Shown: positions 31,239-41,049 of the stretch, in pieces
How the letters are laid out: every line of letters begins with the position of its first letter
Position numbering within the stretch: the stretch's first letter is position 1
Assembly (NCBI GenBank): GCA_963803805.1
Contig: CAWDOD010000003.1
Coordinates: forward strand, 448,001-512,000
Reading direction: 5' to 3'
DNA: 64,000 nt
Source of the DNA: an uncultured cyanobacterium
GTDB taxonomy: Bacteria > Cyanobacteriota > Cyanobacteriia > Cyanobacteriales > CAWCAG01
Program-made: the position numbers and the translations under genes
The notes under the pieces: model-generated
What the model was told of the DNA's origin: nothing
The model's input: only the letters and a program-made list of their open reading frames with translations
Database searches by the model: none

Positions 31239-31325
31239 TTAGAAAACATCCTCATAAATATCTGCCATATTCAACTTTAAATCAACAGAATCTAAACATA
31301 ACTCATCATCCCCGTAAATGGGAAC
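31239..31325 (-). pseudogene. C-terminal remnant resembling a Uma2-family endonuclease
   Basis: VPIYGDDELCLDSVDLKLNMADIYEDVF*, preceded by an in-frame stop and lacking a start. Confidence 0.5.
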
Positions 31326-31595
31326 TTATTCTACTAGCAATATTAAAACTAATAATATTATGTTCCTTACTACCTCCAGATATAGCAAAAACTTGGCCAC
31401 CAAGATATTCATGACGAATTTCGCTAGTTTGTTCTAATTGGAGATATTCTTTTGTTGTTAGCAAATTAATAGGAGATTGCATCATTTCTACCTAGTTGTA
31501 TTTAGCAACAAATTAACTTGAAATCATTACGAAATCTATAACAGGCTTTAATTACAAGAGAGATTTATTAATTAGCAATTTCTATCAAATTCCCC

Positions 31596-32288
31596 TTAAT
31601 GTAATTCTCCTTCCACCATCACCTCACCAATTTTGGCATTATCCTTAAATTTATTAGTTTCGTAATATTCTCCCCCGGAAGATTGGGGATAAACTCCCAC
31701 AAAACCTTTGTCTCCGAGGTTACCATTGGTTCTAAAAGTTATTTTCTGGTCGGCAGTTTCGGCAAATTTAACAAATTCCCTCGCTTCGTAATCGGTATTG
31801 TAGCTTAGGGTTGCTTGGCCATAAACAGATTCAGCTTGTTCAATCGGAGTACCTGTCCCTACCCCCTCTGCTGTGCGAAACTGGGGGTTATCAGTGAGTA
31901 AAATTTGGATTGGGTCTGCATCTTCTAATTTATCGAAGTTAAAGTAGAGAATATAATAAAGAGTCTCACTACCTTTTTTTACAGCGATCGCATCTAAGTC
32001 CACCATAAAACTAGGTAAGGTTTCAAAAGTTACTTCCGACCCTAATTTCTCTTTAAGTTCTCCTAATGTCATACCAATTTTAGCTTCACCAATTCCTTGT
32101 TCAGAAAGAGAAAATTCTTCTGAAGTGGGTGCATTTAAAGGTTGGGAAGTTGTAGGTGATTCTTTTTCTGGTGAAGACTCTGACTCAGTATTATTGTCTT
32201 GATCTACCGAACCTGGTTCACCTTTAGGTTGAGGATTACAACCTGTGAGAATGAGTAGTAATATTGCTAAAAAATAGAGCGATTTCAT
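31596..32288 (-). CDS. Hypothetical lipoprotein
   Basis: Signal peptide with LTGC lipobox, low-complexity linker, GIGEAKIGMT domain. Confidence 0.78.
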   Translation of the reverse strand: MKSLYFLAILLLILTGCNPQPKGEPGSVDQDNNTESESSPEKESPTTSQPLNAPTSEEFSLSEQGIGEAKIGMTLGELKEKLGSEVTFETLPSFMVDLDAIAVKKGSETLYYILYFNFDKLEDADPIQILLTDNPQFRTAEGVGTGTPIEQAESVYGQATLSYNTDYEAREFVKFAETADQKITFRTNGNLGDKGFVGVYPQSSGGEYYETNKFKDNAKIGEVMVEGELH

Positions 32289-32370
32289 AATTAAATTAGT
32301 TAGTAATTGATATTCCAGCTTTCCTTTACTGGTTTAAATTGGAGTTGGATTAAAAAGAACAGCAATAACA

Positions 32371-32398
32371 AAAAGGGATAATTTGTAACAATTACCCC
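32371..32398 (-). terminator. Intrinsic terminator, minus strand
   Basis: GGGGTAATTG-TTAC-AAATTATCCC-TTTT. Confidence 0.55.
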
Positions 32399-32442
32399 TG
32401 TAAAATTCAGTATGACATTTTTAAGTGGATGTGGAAGAAGAT

Positions 32443-32619
32443 TTAACTAAGAATAAAATAGTGGAGATTATTGAGGTGATGATAGTAGGGGGGACAACAG
32501 GATGCCCAGCGTTCATGATAGCGGCTTTTCTGACAGTAGTTTTGCCGATTACTTTCCCTGGTAGGTTGATAGTAATCTGAACAGGTAAATTGTCGCTTTA
32601 AGCTTTGTTGATGATTCAT
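32443..32619 (-). CDS. Possible 58-aa small protein
   Basis: ATG preceded by GAGG and followed by a terminator; no recognisable family. Confidence 0.35.
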   Translation of the reverse strand: MNHQQSLKRQFTCSDYYQPTRESNRQNYCQKSRYHERWASCCPPYYHHLNNLHYFILS

Positions 32620-32901
32620 TGCCTCGTTATTTACACCCAAAAGTTATCTTATACTCTAGTATTAAGTAACCAGAGTTGTGATCGTGTTTGCGCTTTGTCT
32701 GCTTTTTGTATAAGTTGGGTATATTTTTTATAGCAATGCTGAGACGAATCCCTTTCCCCCTTAATCTTTAATTCTTACCCCTCAGTTGAACAGTTGCGAT
32801 CGCCCCAGCAATAAAGAATAGGCTGTAGAAGGTTTAGAGCGCACTAAATTCGTAATTACAAAGCAAAATGAAAATTCTTTTACACATAAGGAGTTAAGTC
32901 T

Positions 32902-33480
32902 GTGGTCAAAACTAAGTCAACCATGCTACCCATAGGGACAAAAGCCCCTGATTTTTCCCTCCCAGATACTGTTTCTGGTCAAACCATTTCCTTAGCCAAT
33001 TTTAGTGATAGTAAAGCTTTGTTGGTGATGTTTATTTGCCAACACTGCCCCTTTGTTAAGCGTGTAAAAACAGAATTTACGAGGTTAGGTAAAGACTATG
33101 TAGATCAAGGAGTTGGGATTGTTGCCATTAGTGCTAACGATGTAAAAAAACATCCCGATGATTCCCCAGAAAATCTTAAAGCAATGGCAGAAGAATTAGA
33201 TTTTAACTTTCCTTTTTGCTATGACGAAACCCAGGAAGTAGCGAAAAGTTATACAGCAGCTTGTACGCCGGATTTTTTCCTTTTTGATGGCGATCATAAG
33301 TTGGTTTACCGAGGTCAACTTGATGATAGTATCCTGGACGAAAACTTACCAGTAACAGGGAAAGATTTACGCTCAGCTATTGATAAAGTTTTAGCTGGGG
33401 AAGAAGTTGATTCAGAACAAAAACCAAGCCTCGGTTGCAATATTAAATGGATTCCAGGAAACGAACCAGCTTATTTTTAA
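32902..33480 (+). CDS. Thioredoxin-like AhpC/TSA family protein
   Basis: APDFSLPD, CQHCPFV, ACTPDFF, YRGQLDD, GCNIKW; AAGGAG SD before GTG. Confidence 0.9.
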   Translation: MVKTKSTMLPIGTKAPDFSLPDTVSGQTISLANFSDSKALLVMFICQHCPFVKRVKTEFTRLGKDYVDQGVGIVAISANDVKKHPDDSPENLKAMAEELDFNFPFCYDETQEVAKSYTAACTPDFFLFDGDHKLVYRGQLDDSILDENLPVTGKDLRSAIDKVLAGEEVDSEQKPSLGCNIKWIPGNEPAYF

Positions 33481-33593
33481 TTTTAAGATTGTGAATGATG
33501 GTGTTTTTAAATGCAGAATAATAGGGAATAGTCACTCTTTCAATAGGACAGATAGCTACAAAGCTTTGTGAGAATTTATTGTTGATTGATTTT

Positions 33594-34169
33594 ATGAGAA
33601 GAAAAATAATTCTATCCCTACTTGGATTACTAACACTTAGTAGCATTAATGTATCCGCATTAAGTCAAGCTAACCCCACCACAGGAATTCAACGCCCTGT
33701 TTTACGCATAGGAAGCGAGGGAGAATATGTATCTCAGGTGCAAGCTGCCCTCAAGTTGTTGGGTTACTATAACGGAGAAGTTAATGGAATTTATAATGAA
33801 AGTACTGTGATCGCTATTTCTCGCTTTCAAGAAGTTGCTAATTTGGATGTCGATGGTATTGTGGGTTTAGCAACTTGGGTTCACCTCTTTCCGGTTACTC
33901 CACCCCAAAGTCCTCCTACTACAAGCCCAAGCAATAACAATAACTCAACTTCTACAGCCACCACCTTACCTATATTAAGAGAGGGGATGCAGGGGGAAGC
34001 TGTAGTAAAATTACAAACAAGATTAATAGCACTAGGGTTCTTGTCAGGAAGTGCCGATGGTTCTTTCGGCAAACAAACCCTAGCTGCTGTTCAAGCTGCC
34101 CAAGCAAATTTCAACTTAATAGCAGATGGGGTTGTAGGGGCAGCAACTTGGAGAGCATTATTACAATAA
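33594..34169 (+). CDS. Secreted protein with two peptidoglycan-binding domains
   Basis: Signal peptide; LRIGSEG...DGIVGLATW and LREGMQG...DGVVGAATW. Confidence 0.88.
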   Translation: MRRKIILSLLGLLTLSSINVSALSQANPTTGIQRPVLRIGSEGEYVSQVQAALKLLGYYNGEVNGIYNESTVIAISRFQEVANLDVDGIVGLATWVHLFPVTPPQSPPTTSPSNNNNSTSTATTLPILREGMQGEAVVKLQTRLIALGFLSGSADGSFGKQTLAAVQAAQANFNLIADGVVGAATWRALLQ

Positions 34170-37100
34170 TGACTTCTGGTTGTTCCCTACTTGCCTTTTC
34201 ACAATGCGATCGCGCCCTTGCTCCTTCGCGGCATAAAGTGCTTCATCAGCCCTAGTAATCAAGTATTGTGGTTCCAGGCTAGGACTAGGTACAACTTGAG
34301 CAATACCAATACTCAAGGTAACATAATCACTAACCAAAGACTGAGCATGGGCAATCTTGAGCTTTTGTAGTTCAGAACGGACATTTTCAGCAACTTTCTC
34401 TGCTCCCTCGGCATTAGTATTGGGCAAAATGACCGCAAATTCTTCCCCACCATAACGAGCAACTAAATCAGCAGAGCGCTTAGCTGCACTAGTCATGGCT
34501 TGGGCTAGTTGCTTAAGGCATTCATCCCCTGCTTGATGCCCGTAGGTATCATTGTAAAGTTTAAAATAATCTACATCGCATAATAGCAAAGCTAAGGGTT
34601 GTTTTTCCCTAGCTAACCTTTGCCACTCCGAATTAAGATACTCATCAAACTGACGGCGATTAGCTACTTGAGTTAAACCATCTAGGGTAGCCAAACGATG
34701 TAATTGCTTATTAGCCTCTTCTAATTGCTGATACAATTGCCCTTGATTGATAGCGATCGCTACTTGAGTTGCTAATTGTTTGAGCAATTCTATATCTGTA
34801 GATTGCCAAACTCTGGGGCTACGACAATGATGAGCAATCATTAATCCCCATAGCTTTTCTCTATTTAAAATCGGTACTACTAAGTTAGCTTTAACCTGAT
34901 AACGAGTAAGCATCTCCAAATGACAAGGTTTAATACCGGCTTCTTGAACATTGTTTATAGCAGCTATTCTGCCTTGGCGATAAAGAGGAGCAGATTTAGC
35001 TTGAAAACAAGAATCTTCAATGGTTTTTCCAAAAGTAGGTATCCATTCCCTTCCTACGGATTCAACTACTATCTTGCCATTCCAATCAGGAGAAAATTCG
35101 TAAAGAATAACCCGATCCGTTTGTAAAAATTCCCGAATTTGTGTAACTGTAGTATTGAGAATTTCTCCTAAATTTAAAGAAGAGAGAATTTGCTGAGCGA
35201 TTTTGGCTATTAACTGCTCTCTATTTGCTTGTTGAACAATAATTTCTAATTGTTGGTGGGAAGTGTTACGTTGTTCGTAGGTTTGCTGAGAAGTAATTCC
35301 CTCTTTGGCTTCATTATTTATGGATACACTTTTGCGGAGATATTCCTGAGCTTTTTGAGCTGGCAGAGGTTCACTGAAAAGATAACCTTGAACTAAATCA
35401 CAGTTGAGGGAACGCAGAAAATCTAATTGTTGCAGGTTTTCTACCCCTTCGGCTATTACTCGTAAATTTAATTTTTGCCCCAAGGCTATTACTGCCCTAA
35501 TAATTGCGGCATCTGTCTTGTCAGAGATAGAATCTTTCACAAAACATTGGTCTATCTTTAAAGTATTGAGGGGAAAAAATTTTACAGAATTGAGGGAAGA
35601 ATAGCCAATACCAAAATCATCAATAGCAATTTGAATACCCATTTGTCGAAGTTGATGCAAGGTACGAGTGGTAAACTCTACATCTTGCATAGCAGTTGTT
35701 TCGGTGATCTCAATTTCTAAATCAGCAGGATTCATCTCCGTTTCAACCAAAATAGCTACTAAATCCCCAACTAAATCAGGTTGACTAAACTGACGGGCTG
35801 ATAAGTTAACCGCCACTCTAATATCACCAAAGCCTTCTTTTTGCCAGCGTACTTGTTGCTGGCAAGCTTCTTTAATAACCCATTCTCCTAGTTCACAGAT
35901 TAAATCAGTTTCTTCTGCAAAAGGAATAAATTGATTGGGAGAGACAAACCCTCGTATGGGGTGCTGCCAACGAATTAAAGCTTCCATAGCCACAACTTGG
36001 CCGGTTTGAAGAGCAATTTGGGGTTGATAATAAAGTACAAATTCATTTTTTAGTAAAGAAGAACGTAAATCTGCTTCAATGCTGAGGGGATTGAGGGAAG
36101 GGTTAAGGGAAGGAGAGTACATTTGATAAGTATTTTTTCCTTGCTGCTTAGCGCTATACATAGCAGATTCAGCATTGAGTAGTATGGTTTCTACATCAGA
36201 ACCATCATAGGGGGTAAGGGCAATACCTAAACTTGCTGTTATGTAAACCTGTTGCTCTGCTAAAGAAAAAGGCTGACTTAAACAAGCTTGAATTTGCTGG
36301 ATTCTTGTTTCTACAAAGTCTCCTGTAGCCCCTTGAATATTCTGCAATAAGAACACAAACTCATCTGCTGCCCAGTGTGCCATCACATCATCTTTTTCTA
36401 GGGTTTGCTCCAATCTTTGAGCTACGAGTTGTAGTAATTTGTCCCCAATAGTATGGCCGAGGGCTTTGTTTACCTGCTTAAATCTATCTAAGTCTAAAAA
36501 TATCACTACCATCAATTCCCCTGTACGATTAGCTTTTAACAAAGCCAGGGAAAGTTGTTGATTAAATAGTTGGCGATTAGGTAAACGGGTTAAGGCATCT
36601 CGTTGGGCTTGAAGCTTGAGGGTTGATTCTACTTGTTGCTGTCGTTTTGTGGTGTAAATACGCTCAGCGATCGCTTGAGCTATTTTTAGATGGTTAGGAT
36701 TCCAAGGTTGAGACTGATTTTTTTTTATTTCTTTCCAAGGTAAAAAAGATTGGCGGGGGCGGCAGTCACTAGGGGCTGCATTTTGATTGCCAGCCCAAAT
36801 TATTTCTGTATCGTACCCTGGACGAAAAATGCTTAGATAGCCTATATTTTCTGATCTATTTTGCAGAGAGATTATTAAAACTGATTGGATAGAAGTAGAG
36901 GCAAAATACTGGTAGAGAGAAGTAAGGCGAGGAATAATTTGAGGCGTGAGATCAATTACGTAGTAAGGAAAATGCTCCGGTTGCTCAGAGCCATTTTGAA
37001 GATAATTAACCACTAAATAATGCCAATCAGAGGTTTTCTCTAATTGAGCAATTTCTGGCTGTTCTCCACAAGTATAAATCTGTTCTGCTTTTTTAAATTC

Positions 37101-37790
37101 ATTCACTAAATACAACCTGCCCCCGCAGCCATCTAAAGCAGAGACGCTGAAATCTAATACCGTTTGCCAAGGTTCTACTGATGATGAAGTTGCCAAAAAA
37201 CTGCTAATTTGAGCAATTATTGCTTCCTGGCTCATTAAAGCACGAGATTGAGCTTCCAGCCTTTCTCCTGCAATTGCTAAGGATAAGCGTTCTAAAAGCA
37301 GCTCAATTTCTGAGAAAGAACCTTCTTGCCACTGTCGAGGAGAGAGATAGTGAATAGCTAACAAACCCCAAAGTTCTCCACTATCAAAAATAGGAAAGGT
37401 AGCTGAAGATTTTATGCCCAAGCTACGTAAATATTCCACATGACAAGGAGCAACAGAATCATAACTTTGTTGAAGATTTTGTCCTGTTGATTCTATCGTT
37501 GAGCGAGCTAAGGTAGCATCAACTATAACTCTTCCCCTAGAAGCCATTAGTTTTTTACGGGCTGAGGGAGGGATATCTTCGGCAGGAAAGTGTAAGCCAA
37601 GGAGGGAAGGTAAGTTATTGTTACGTATCGATTCAGCAATAACCACCCCTGTTCCATCAGCCTCAAAGCGATAAATCTTAACTCGATCTACCTCTAATAA
37701 AGAACTAACTTCTTCAACAATAAGGTCAAGTATTTCTTGTAAAGACCCTGACTTTTTAAGACTATCATTTAAACTTCTAGAGGGAAACAT
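34161..37790 (-). CDS. cph2: Cph2-type photoreceptor: GAF-GAF-GGDEF*-EAL-CBCR GAF-GGDEF
   Basis: GAF1 DIP and PCH, PRQSF tongue, degenerate AADEF, EAL/DDFGIGYSS/EGVE, DSCF+PCH CBCR, RSAD I-site and GGEEF. Confidence 0.88.
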   Translation of the reverse strand: MFPSRSLNDSLKKSGSLQEILDLIVEEVSSLLEVDRVKIYRFEADGTGVVIAESIRNNNLPSLLGLHFPAEDIPPSARKKLMASRGRVIVDATLARSTIESTGQNLQQSYDSVAPCHVEYLRSLGIKSSATFPIFDSGELWGLLAIHYLSPRQWQEGSFSEIELLLERLSLAIAGERLEAQSRALMSQEAIIAQISSFLATSSSVEPWQTVLDFSVSALDGCGGRLYLVNEFKKAEQIYTCGEQPEIAQLEKTSDWHYLVVNYLQNGSEQPEHFPYYVIDLTPQIIPRLTSLYQYFASTSIQSVLIISLQNRSENIGYLSIFRPGYDTEIIWAGNQNAAPSDCRPRQSFLPWKEIKKNQSQPWNPNHLKIAQAIAERIYTTKRQQQVESTLKLQAQRDALTRLPNRQLFNQQLSLALLKANRTGELMVVIFLDLDRFKQVNKALGHTIGDKLLQLVAQRLEQTLEKDDVMAHWAADEFVFLLQNIQGATGDFVETRIQQIQACLSQPFSLAEQQVYITASLGIALTPYDGSDVETILLNAESAMYSAKQQGKNTYQMYSPSLNPSLNPLSIEADLRSSLLKNEFVLYYQPQIALQTGQVVAMEALIRWQHPIRGFVSPNQFIPFAEETDLICELGEWVIKEACQQQVRWQKEGFGDIRVAVNLSARQFSQPDLVGDLVAILVETEMNPADLEIEITETTAMQDVEFTTRTLHQLRQMGIQIAIDDFGIGYSSLNSVKFFPLNTLKIDQCFVKDSISDKTDAAIIRAVIALGQKLNLRVIAEGVENLQQLDFLRSLNCDLVQGYLFSEPLPAQKAQEYLRKSVSINNEAKEGITSQQTYEQRNTSHQQLEIIVQQANREQLIAKIAQQILSSLNLGEILNTTVTQIREFLQTDRVILYEFSPDWNGKIVVESVGREWIPTFGKTIEDSCFQAKSAPLYRQGRIAAINNVQEAGIKPCHLEMLTRYQVKANLVVPILNREKLWGLMIAHHCRSPRVWQSTDIELLKQLATQVAIAINQGQLYQQLEEANKQLHRLATLDGLTQVANRRQFDEYLNSEWQRLAREKQPLALLLCDVDYFKLYNDTYGHQAGDECLKQLAQAMTSAAKRSADLVARYGGEEFAVILPNTNAEGAEKVAENVRSELQKLKIAHAQSLVSDYVTLSIGIAQVVPSPSLEPQYLITRADEALYAAKEQGRDRIVKRQVGNNQKSLL

Positions 37791-38072
37791 AGAGAGCTAT
37801 CAATGAATCAAATAGATTGGGCTGAGCTTAGTTATTTGACTCATATTAACAAATATTAAGACCATTTTTGTTTACTCTTGGCTGTATATATATTCTCCAC
37901 CATGGTTAATTTATAGCTTGATTCCGTAGTCAAGATTTATTTTTTTCAAAAAAAATAAATCTTGTAGTCTTTTCCAAAAAACTTGGCTAGATCTTGTTTA
38001 TTAGGTAATAATTGTCTTGTCATTACCAGATTGTCTACTAAGGTCAAAATAAAATTGAGATTGACTGAATAG

Positions 38073-38966
38073 ATGGCAAGCCTTAATTATAAACAGAGAT
38101 TAAAAAAATTAAACAACAGCTTGTTAGAGGATAGCTGTAAAGAAATTCAGGTCTATGGTAAGGATTTTATCCGTACTTTCTATGAATATCTTTTTGGTAT
38201 TTATCCTGAATTAAAACCCCTATTTGCCCATGCTAACTCAAGAAAACAAGAAAGTCTACTATTAGACTTCTTAGCTTTTTTCACTCAAAACCTATCCAAT
38301 CCGGAGCTTTTAATCGCCCATTTAAAAGGTCTAGGGGCGAGACACGTTAAATACGGAGTTAGAGCAGAATATTATCCTCTTTTCGGGGCTGCTTTACTCA
38401 ATACTTTTACTCAGTATTTCAAGAAAGACTGGACAGAAGAATTAGACCAGGCATGGCTAGATGCTTACCAAGCGATCGCCGCTTTAATGCTTGAAGGAGC
38501 CGAATATGATGCTGAAGTTTTACTTCTTAAGAAAAAGTCTGAAGAAATTTTAGAAAAACAATCTTATTCTCCAGAAGAGCTTATTAAAATCAGCTTTTTA
38601 GAACTTAAGCCTTCCTTAAAAGAGTTTGTACGCACTTTCTATAAAAATCTTTTTGCAAGTTATCCAGAAATAGCGGTTTTGTTCACTAATACTTTTATAA
38701 TTCAGCAAGAAAAACTATTTATTACTTCTCTATGTTTTGTGGTAGAAAATTCTACTAAATTCGAGCTACTTGAAGCTAAGTTGAAGGGCTTAGGGGCAAG
38801 ACATATCAAGTATGGAGTATTACCAGATTACTATCCACTTTTTGGTCATGTTTTACTAAAGACTTTAGCCCAGTACTTAAAAGGAAACTGGACAATAGAA
38901 GTAGAAAGAGCATGGTTAGATTTATATAATCTCATTACTTCTCTAATGCTGCAAGAAAAGGAATAA
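38073..38966 (+). CDS. Tandem two-domain globin (flavohaemoglobin-type globin domains, no reductase)
   Basis: Two repeats: FYEYLF...YPELKPLF...LGARHVKYGV and FYKNLF...YPEIAVLF...LGARHIKYGV. Confidence 0.85.
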   Translation: MASLNYKQRLKKLNNSLLEDSCKEIQVYGKDFIRTFYEYLFGIYPELKPLFAHANSRKQESLLLDFLAFFTQNLSNPELLIAHLKGLGARHVKYGVRAEYYPLFGAALLNTFTQYFKKDWTEELDQAWLDAYQAIAALMLEGAEYDAEVLLLKKKSEEILEKQSYSPEELIKISFLELKPSLKEFVRTFYKNLFASYPEIAVLFTNTFIIQQEKLFITSLCFVVENSTKFELLEAKLKGLGARHIKYGVLPDYYPLFGHVLLKTLAQYLKGNWTIEVERAWLDLYNLITSLMLQEKE

Positions 38967-38973
38967 CTAGACT

Positions 38974-39522
38974 CTAATTTGAATAAGCTGTACTAGGATG
39001 GCCGTACAAAGGAGCAAATAAACAAGAAACTAGAGAACGCTGTTCGTAATCTGTGGTTAAATGAGTTTTACTAATATTAATGGTTATTTCTGATTTTTTA
39101 GCACCAGTCAGGTTCACACGAGTCAAATTCGCACTAGTTAAATCAGCACCGCTTAAATCAGCACCGCTTAAATCAGCACCGCTTAAATCAGCACCGCTTA
39201 AATCAGCACCTCGTAAATCAGCACCGCTTAAATTTGCTTCCCGTAAATTCGCTTCACTCAAATCTGCTGCGGTAAATTCTGCATAACTTAAATCAGCGCC
39301 ACTCAAATTAGCACCTGCCAAATTAGCCCCTTCAAAAATAGCTAGATTGAGCTTGGCTTGGCAGAAATTAATTTTCTTCAAGTTAAGCCAACCAAAGTTT
39401 TCATCACCGAAATTAAGTTGCTCAAAATTACGTTCTCCTGCGGCATATCGCTGCAAAAGTTCTGGAAGAGAAATTTGTTTCAAGTTGTTTGTATTAGTAG
39501 CACCTTGTTGTAAAAACACCAT
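38974..39522 (-). CDS. Pentapeptide repeat protein
   Basis: ELLQRYAAGERNF N-terminus and A(D/N)LSG repeats. Confidence 0.88.
   Translation of the reverse strand: MVFLQQGATNTNNLKQISLPELLQRYAAGERNFEQLNFGDENFGWLNLKKINFCQAKLNLAIFEGANLAGANLSGADLSYAEFTAADLSEANLREANLSGADLRGADLSGADLSGADLSGADLSGADLTSANLTRVNLTGAKKSEITINISKTHLTTDYEQRSLVSCLFAPLYGHPSTAYSN
39138..39233. repeat. 15-bp tandem repeat (TTAAATCAGCACCGC): 4 perfect and 2 near-perfect copies
   Basis: Read directly; encodes ADLSG. Confidence 0.85.
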
Positions 39523-39780
39523 AAAAACTTCCAGTTGATTTGAGGGTTAGTTATTTTCTCAGTATGGAAGGCAAAGATCCGTGATCACGTTCGCGTAATG
39601 TATAACTTTAGGACTGACACAGGGAAACGATAAATCAAGCGATCGCAACTAGATTATTCCTTCTAGACCAGTTACATTAGCAATACAAAAATAGGGAGTA
39701 AATTTAGCTGTTAGCTGTATTTGAGGGGCAAACATATATGATATAGCCTTAAGCAAAACTCCCAATTATGAGCTTAGGGT

Positions 39781-40974
39781 ATGAACTCACCGCAAGCCAA
39801 TTCTTTCCCCATCAAGGCGACATTACTACTAACCAGTACCCTCACAGTTATGTCAGGGGCTACTATCGCGCCCTCTCTTCCTGGGATGCAAGAGTATTTT
39901 GCTAATGTAGAAAATTCTGCGCTTTTAGTCCGTTTAGTGCTAACTATTCCCGCTTTATTCATTGCGATCGGAGGACTTTTTGCTGGGCAATTGGTTGATC
40001 GTATCGGGCGCAAACCCTTACTAATTGCTTCCACTTTATTTTATGGACTTGCTGGGGGTTCTGGTTTTATTTTAAACTCCCTTGGAACTATTCTTATCGG
40101 TCGTGCCTTGTTGGGGCTAGCTGTAGCAGGTGTGATGACGGGGGTGACTACTTTGATTGCCGATTATTATACAGGTCAAAAGCGAGCCAATTTTATGGGC
40201 TTGCAAGCAGCTTTCATGGGTTTGGGAGGGGTAATATTCCTTTCTGTCGGTGGCTTCATTGCTGATTTTAATTGGCGTTTTCCTTTCCTAATTTACTTCT
40301 CAGCTTGGGGTATTTTAGGAGCGATCACCCTAACCCTATACGAACCAAATCGTGAAGTAAATAACCAGATTAAAGACTCATCCCAAACAGATCAGCCAAG
40401 TATGCCTATAGCAGCCCTAGCGATGATCTATGGCATCTCTTTGTTTTATATGGTGGCATTTTATTTAATTCCTGTACAGCTACCTTTTTACCTACAAAGC
40501 CTCAATAATGAGAGTGCTTCTGCGAGTGGTTTAGCCATCGCCGCTTCGACTTTAGCTAGTGCAATTTCCTCTTTTCGATATGGCTTTGTTAAAAAACGTT
40601 TAGGCTTTGTCAGTATTGTGGTTTTGGCTTTTGGCATCGCAGCAGTAGGCTATTTTATTATTGGTATGGCTAGTAGTTATCAACTCGTCTTAGTTGGTTT
40701 AATTATTGCTGGGTTTGGCTTTGGCTTATTAATGCCCAACTTAAATGTTTGGCTATCTAGCATTATCCCCAATTCTCTACGAGGTAGGGCCTTAGGAGGC
40801 TTAACCACTTTCTTTTTCCTCGGTCAGTTTTTATCTCCGCTTGTGTCTCAACCTATAACTAATTTCCTCGGCTTAGACAAAACTTATAGCTTTGCCGGAG
40901 TTGCTTTACTATTAGTTGCTTTAGGCTTTTTCGCTCTTAAAAAACAGGTTAAATCTTTTTGTGAAAGCTGTTAG
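39781..40974 (+). CDS. MFS transporter
   Basis: GQLVDRIGRK motif A, 12 hydrophobic segments, LRGRALG. Confidence 0.88.
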   Translation: MNSPQANSFPIKATLLLTSTLTVMSGATIAPSLPGMQEYFANVENSALLVRLVLTIPALFIAIGGLFAGQLVDRIGRKPLLIASTLFYGLAGGSGFILNSLGTILIGRALLGLAVAGVMTGVTTLIADYYTGQKRANFMGLQAAFMGLGGVIFLSVGGFIADFNWRFPFLIYFSAWGILGAITLTLYEPNREVNNQIKDSSQTDQPSMPIAALAMIYGISLFYMVAFYLIPVQLPFYLQSLNNESASASGLAIAASTLASAISSFRYGFVKKRLGFVSIVVLAFGIAAVGYFIIGMASSYQLVLVGLIIAGFGFGLLMPNLNVWLSSIIPNSLRGRALGGLTTFFFLGQFLSPLVSQPITNFLGLDKTYSFAGVALLLVALGFFALKKQVKSFCESC

Positions 40975-41005
40975 TATTTATCATTTATCCTGAGCTAGCA
41001 TAGAA

Positions 41006-41036
41006 TTCTAGGGACGCAAATCTTACGCCCCTAGAA
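41006..41036. terminator. REP-like hairpin between convergent MFS and icd
   Basis: TTCTAGGGACG...CGCCCCTAGAA. Confidence 0.6.
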
Positions 41037-41049
41037 GATAATTTGTTAC

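Noticed and set aside
37917..37936. FNR-like box in the cph2/globin intergenic region
   Set aside because: TTGAT...GTCAA spacing is 6 nt rather than 4; only a weak CTTGA/TCAAG inverted repeat
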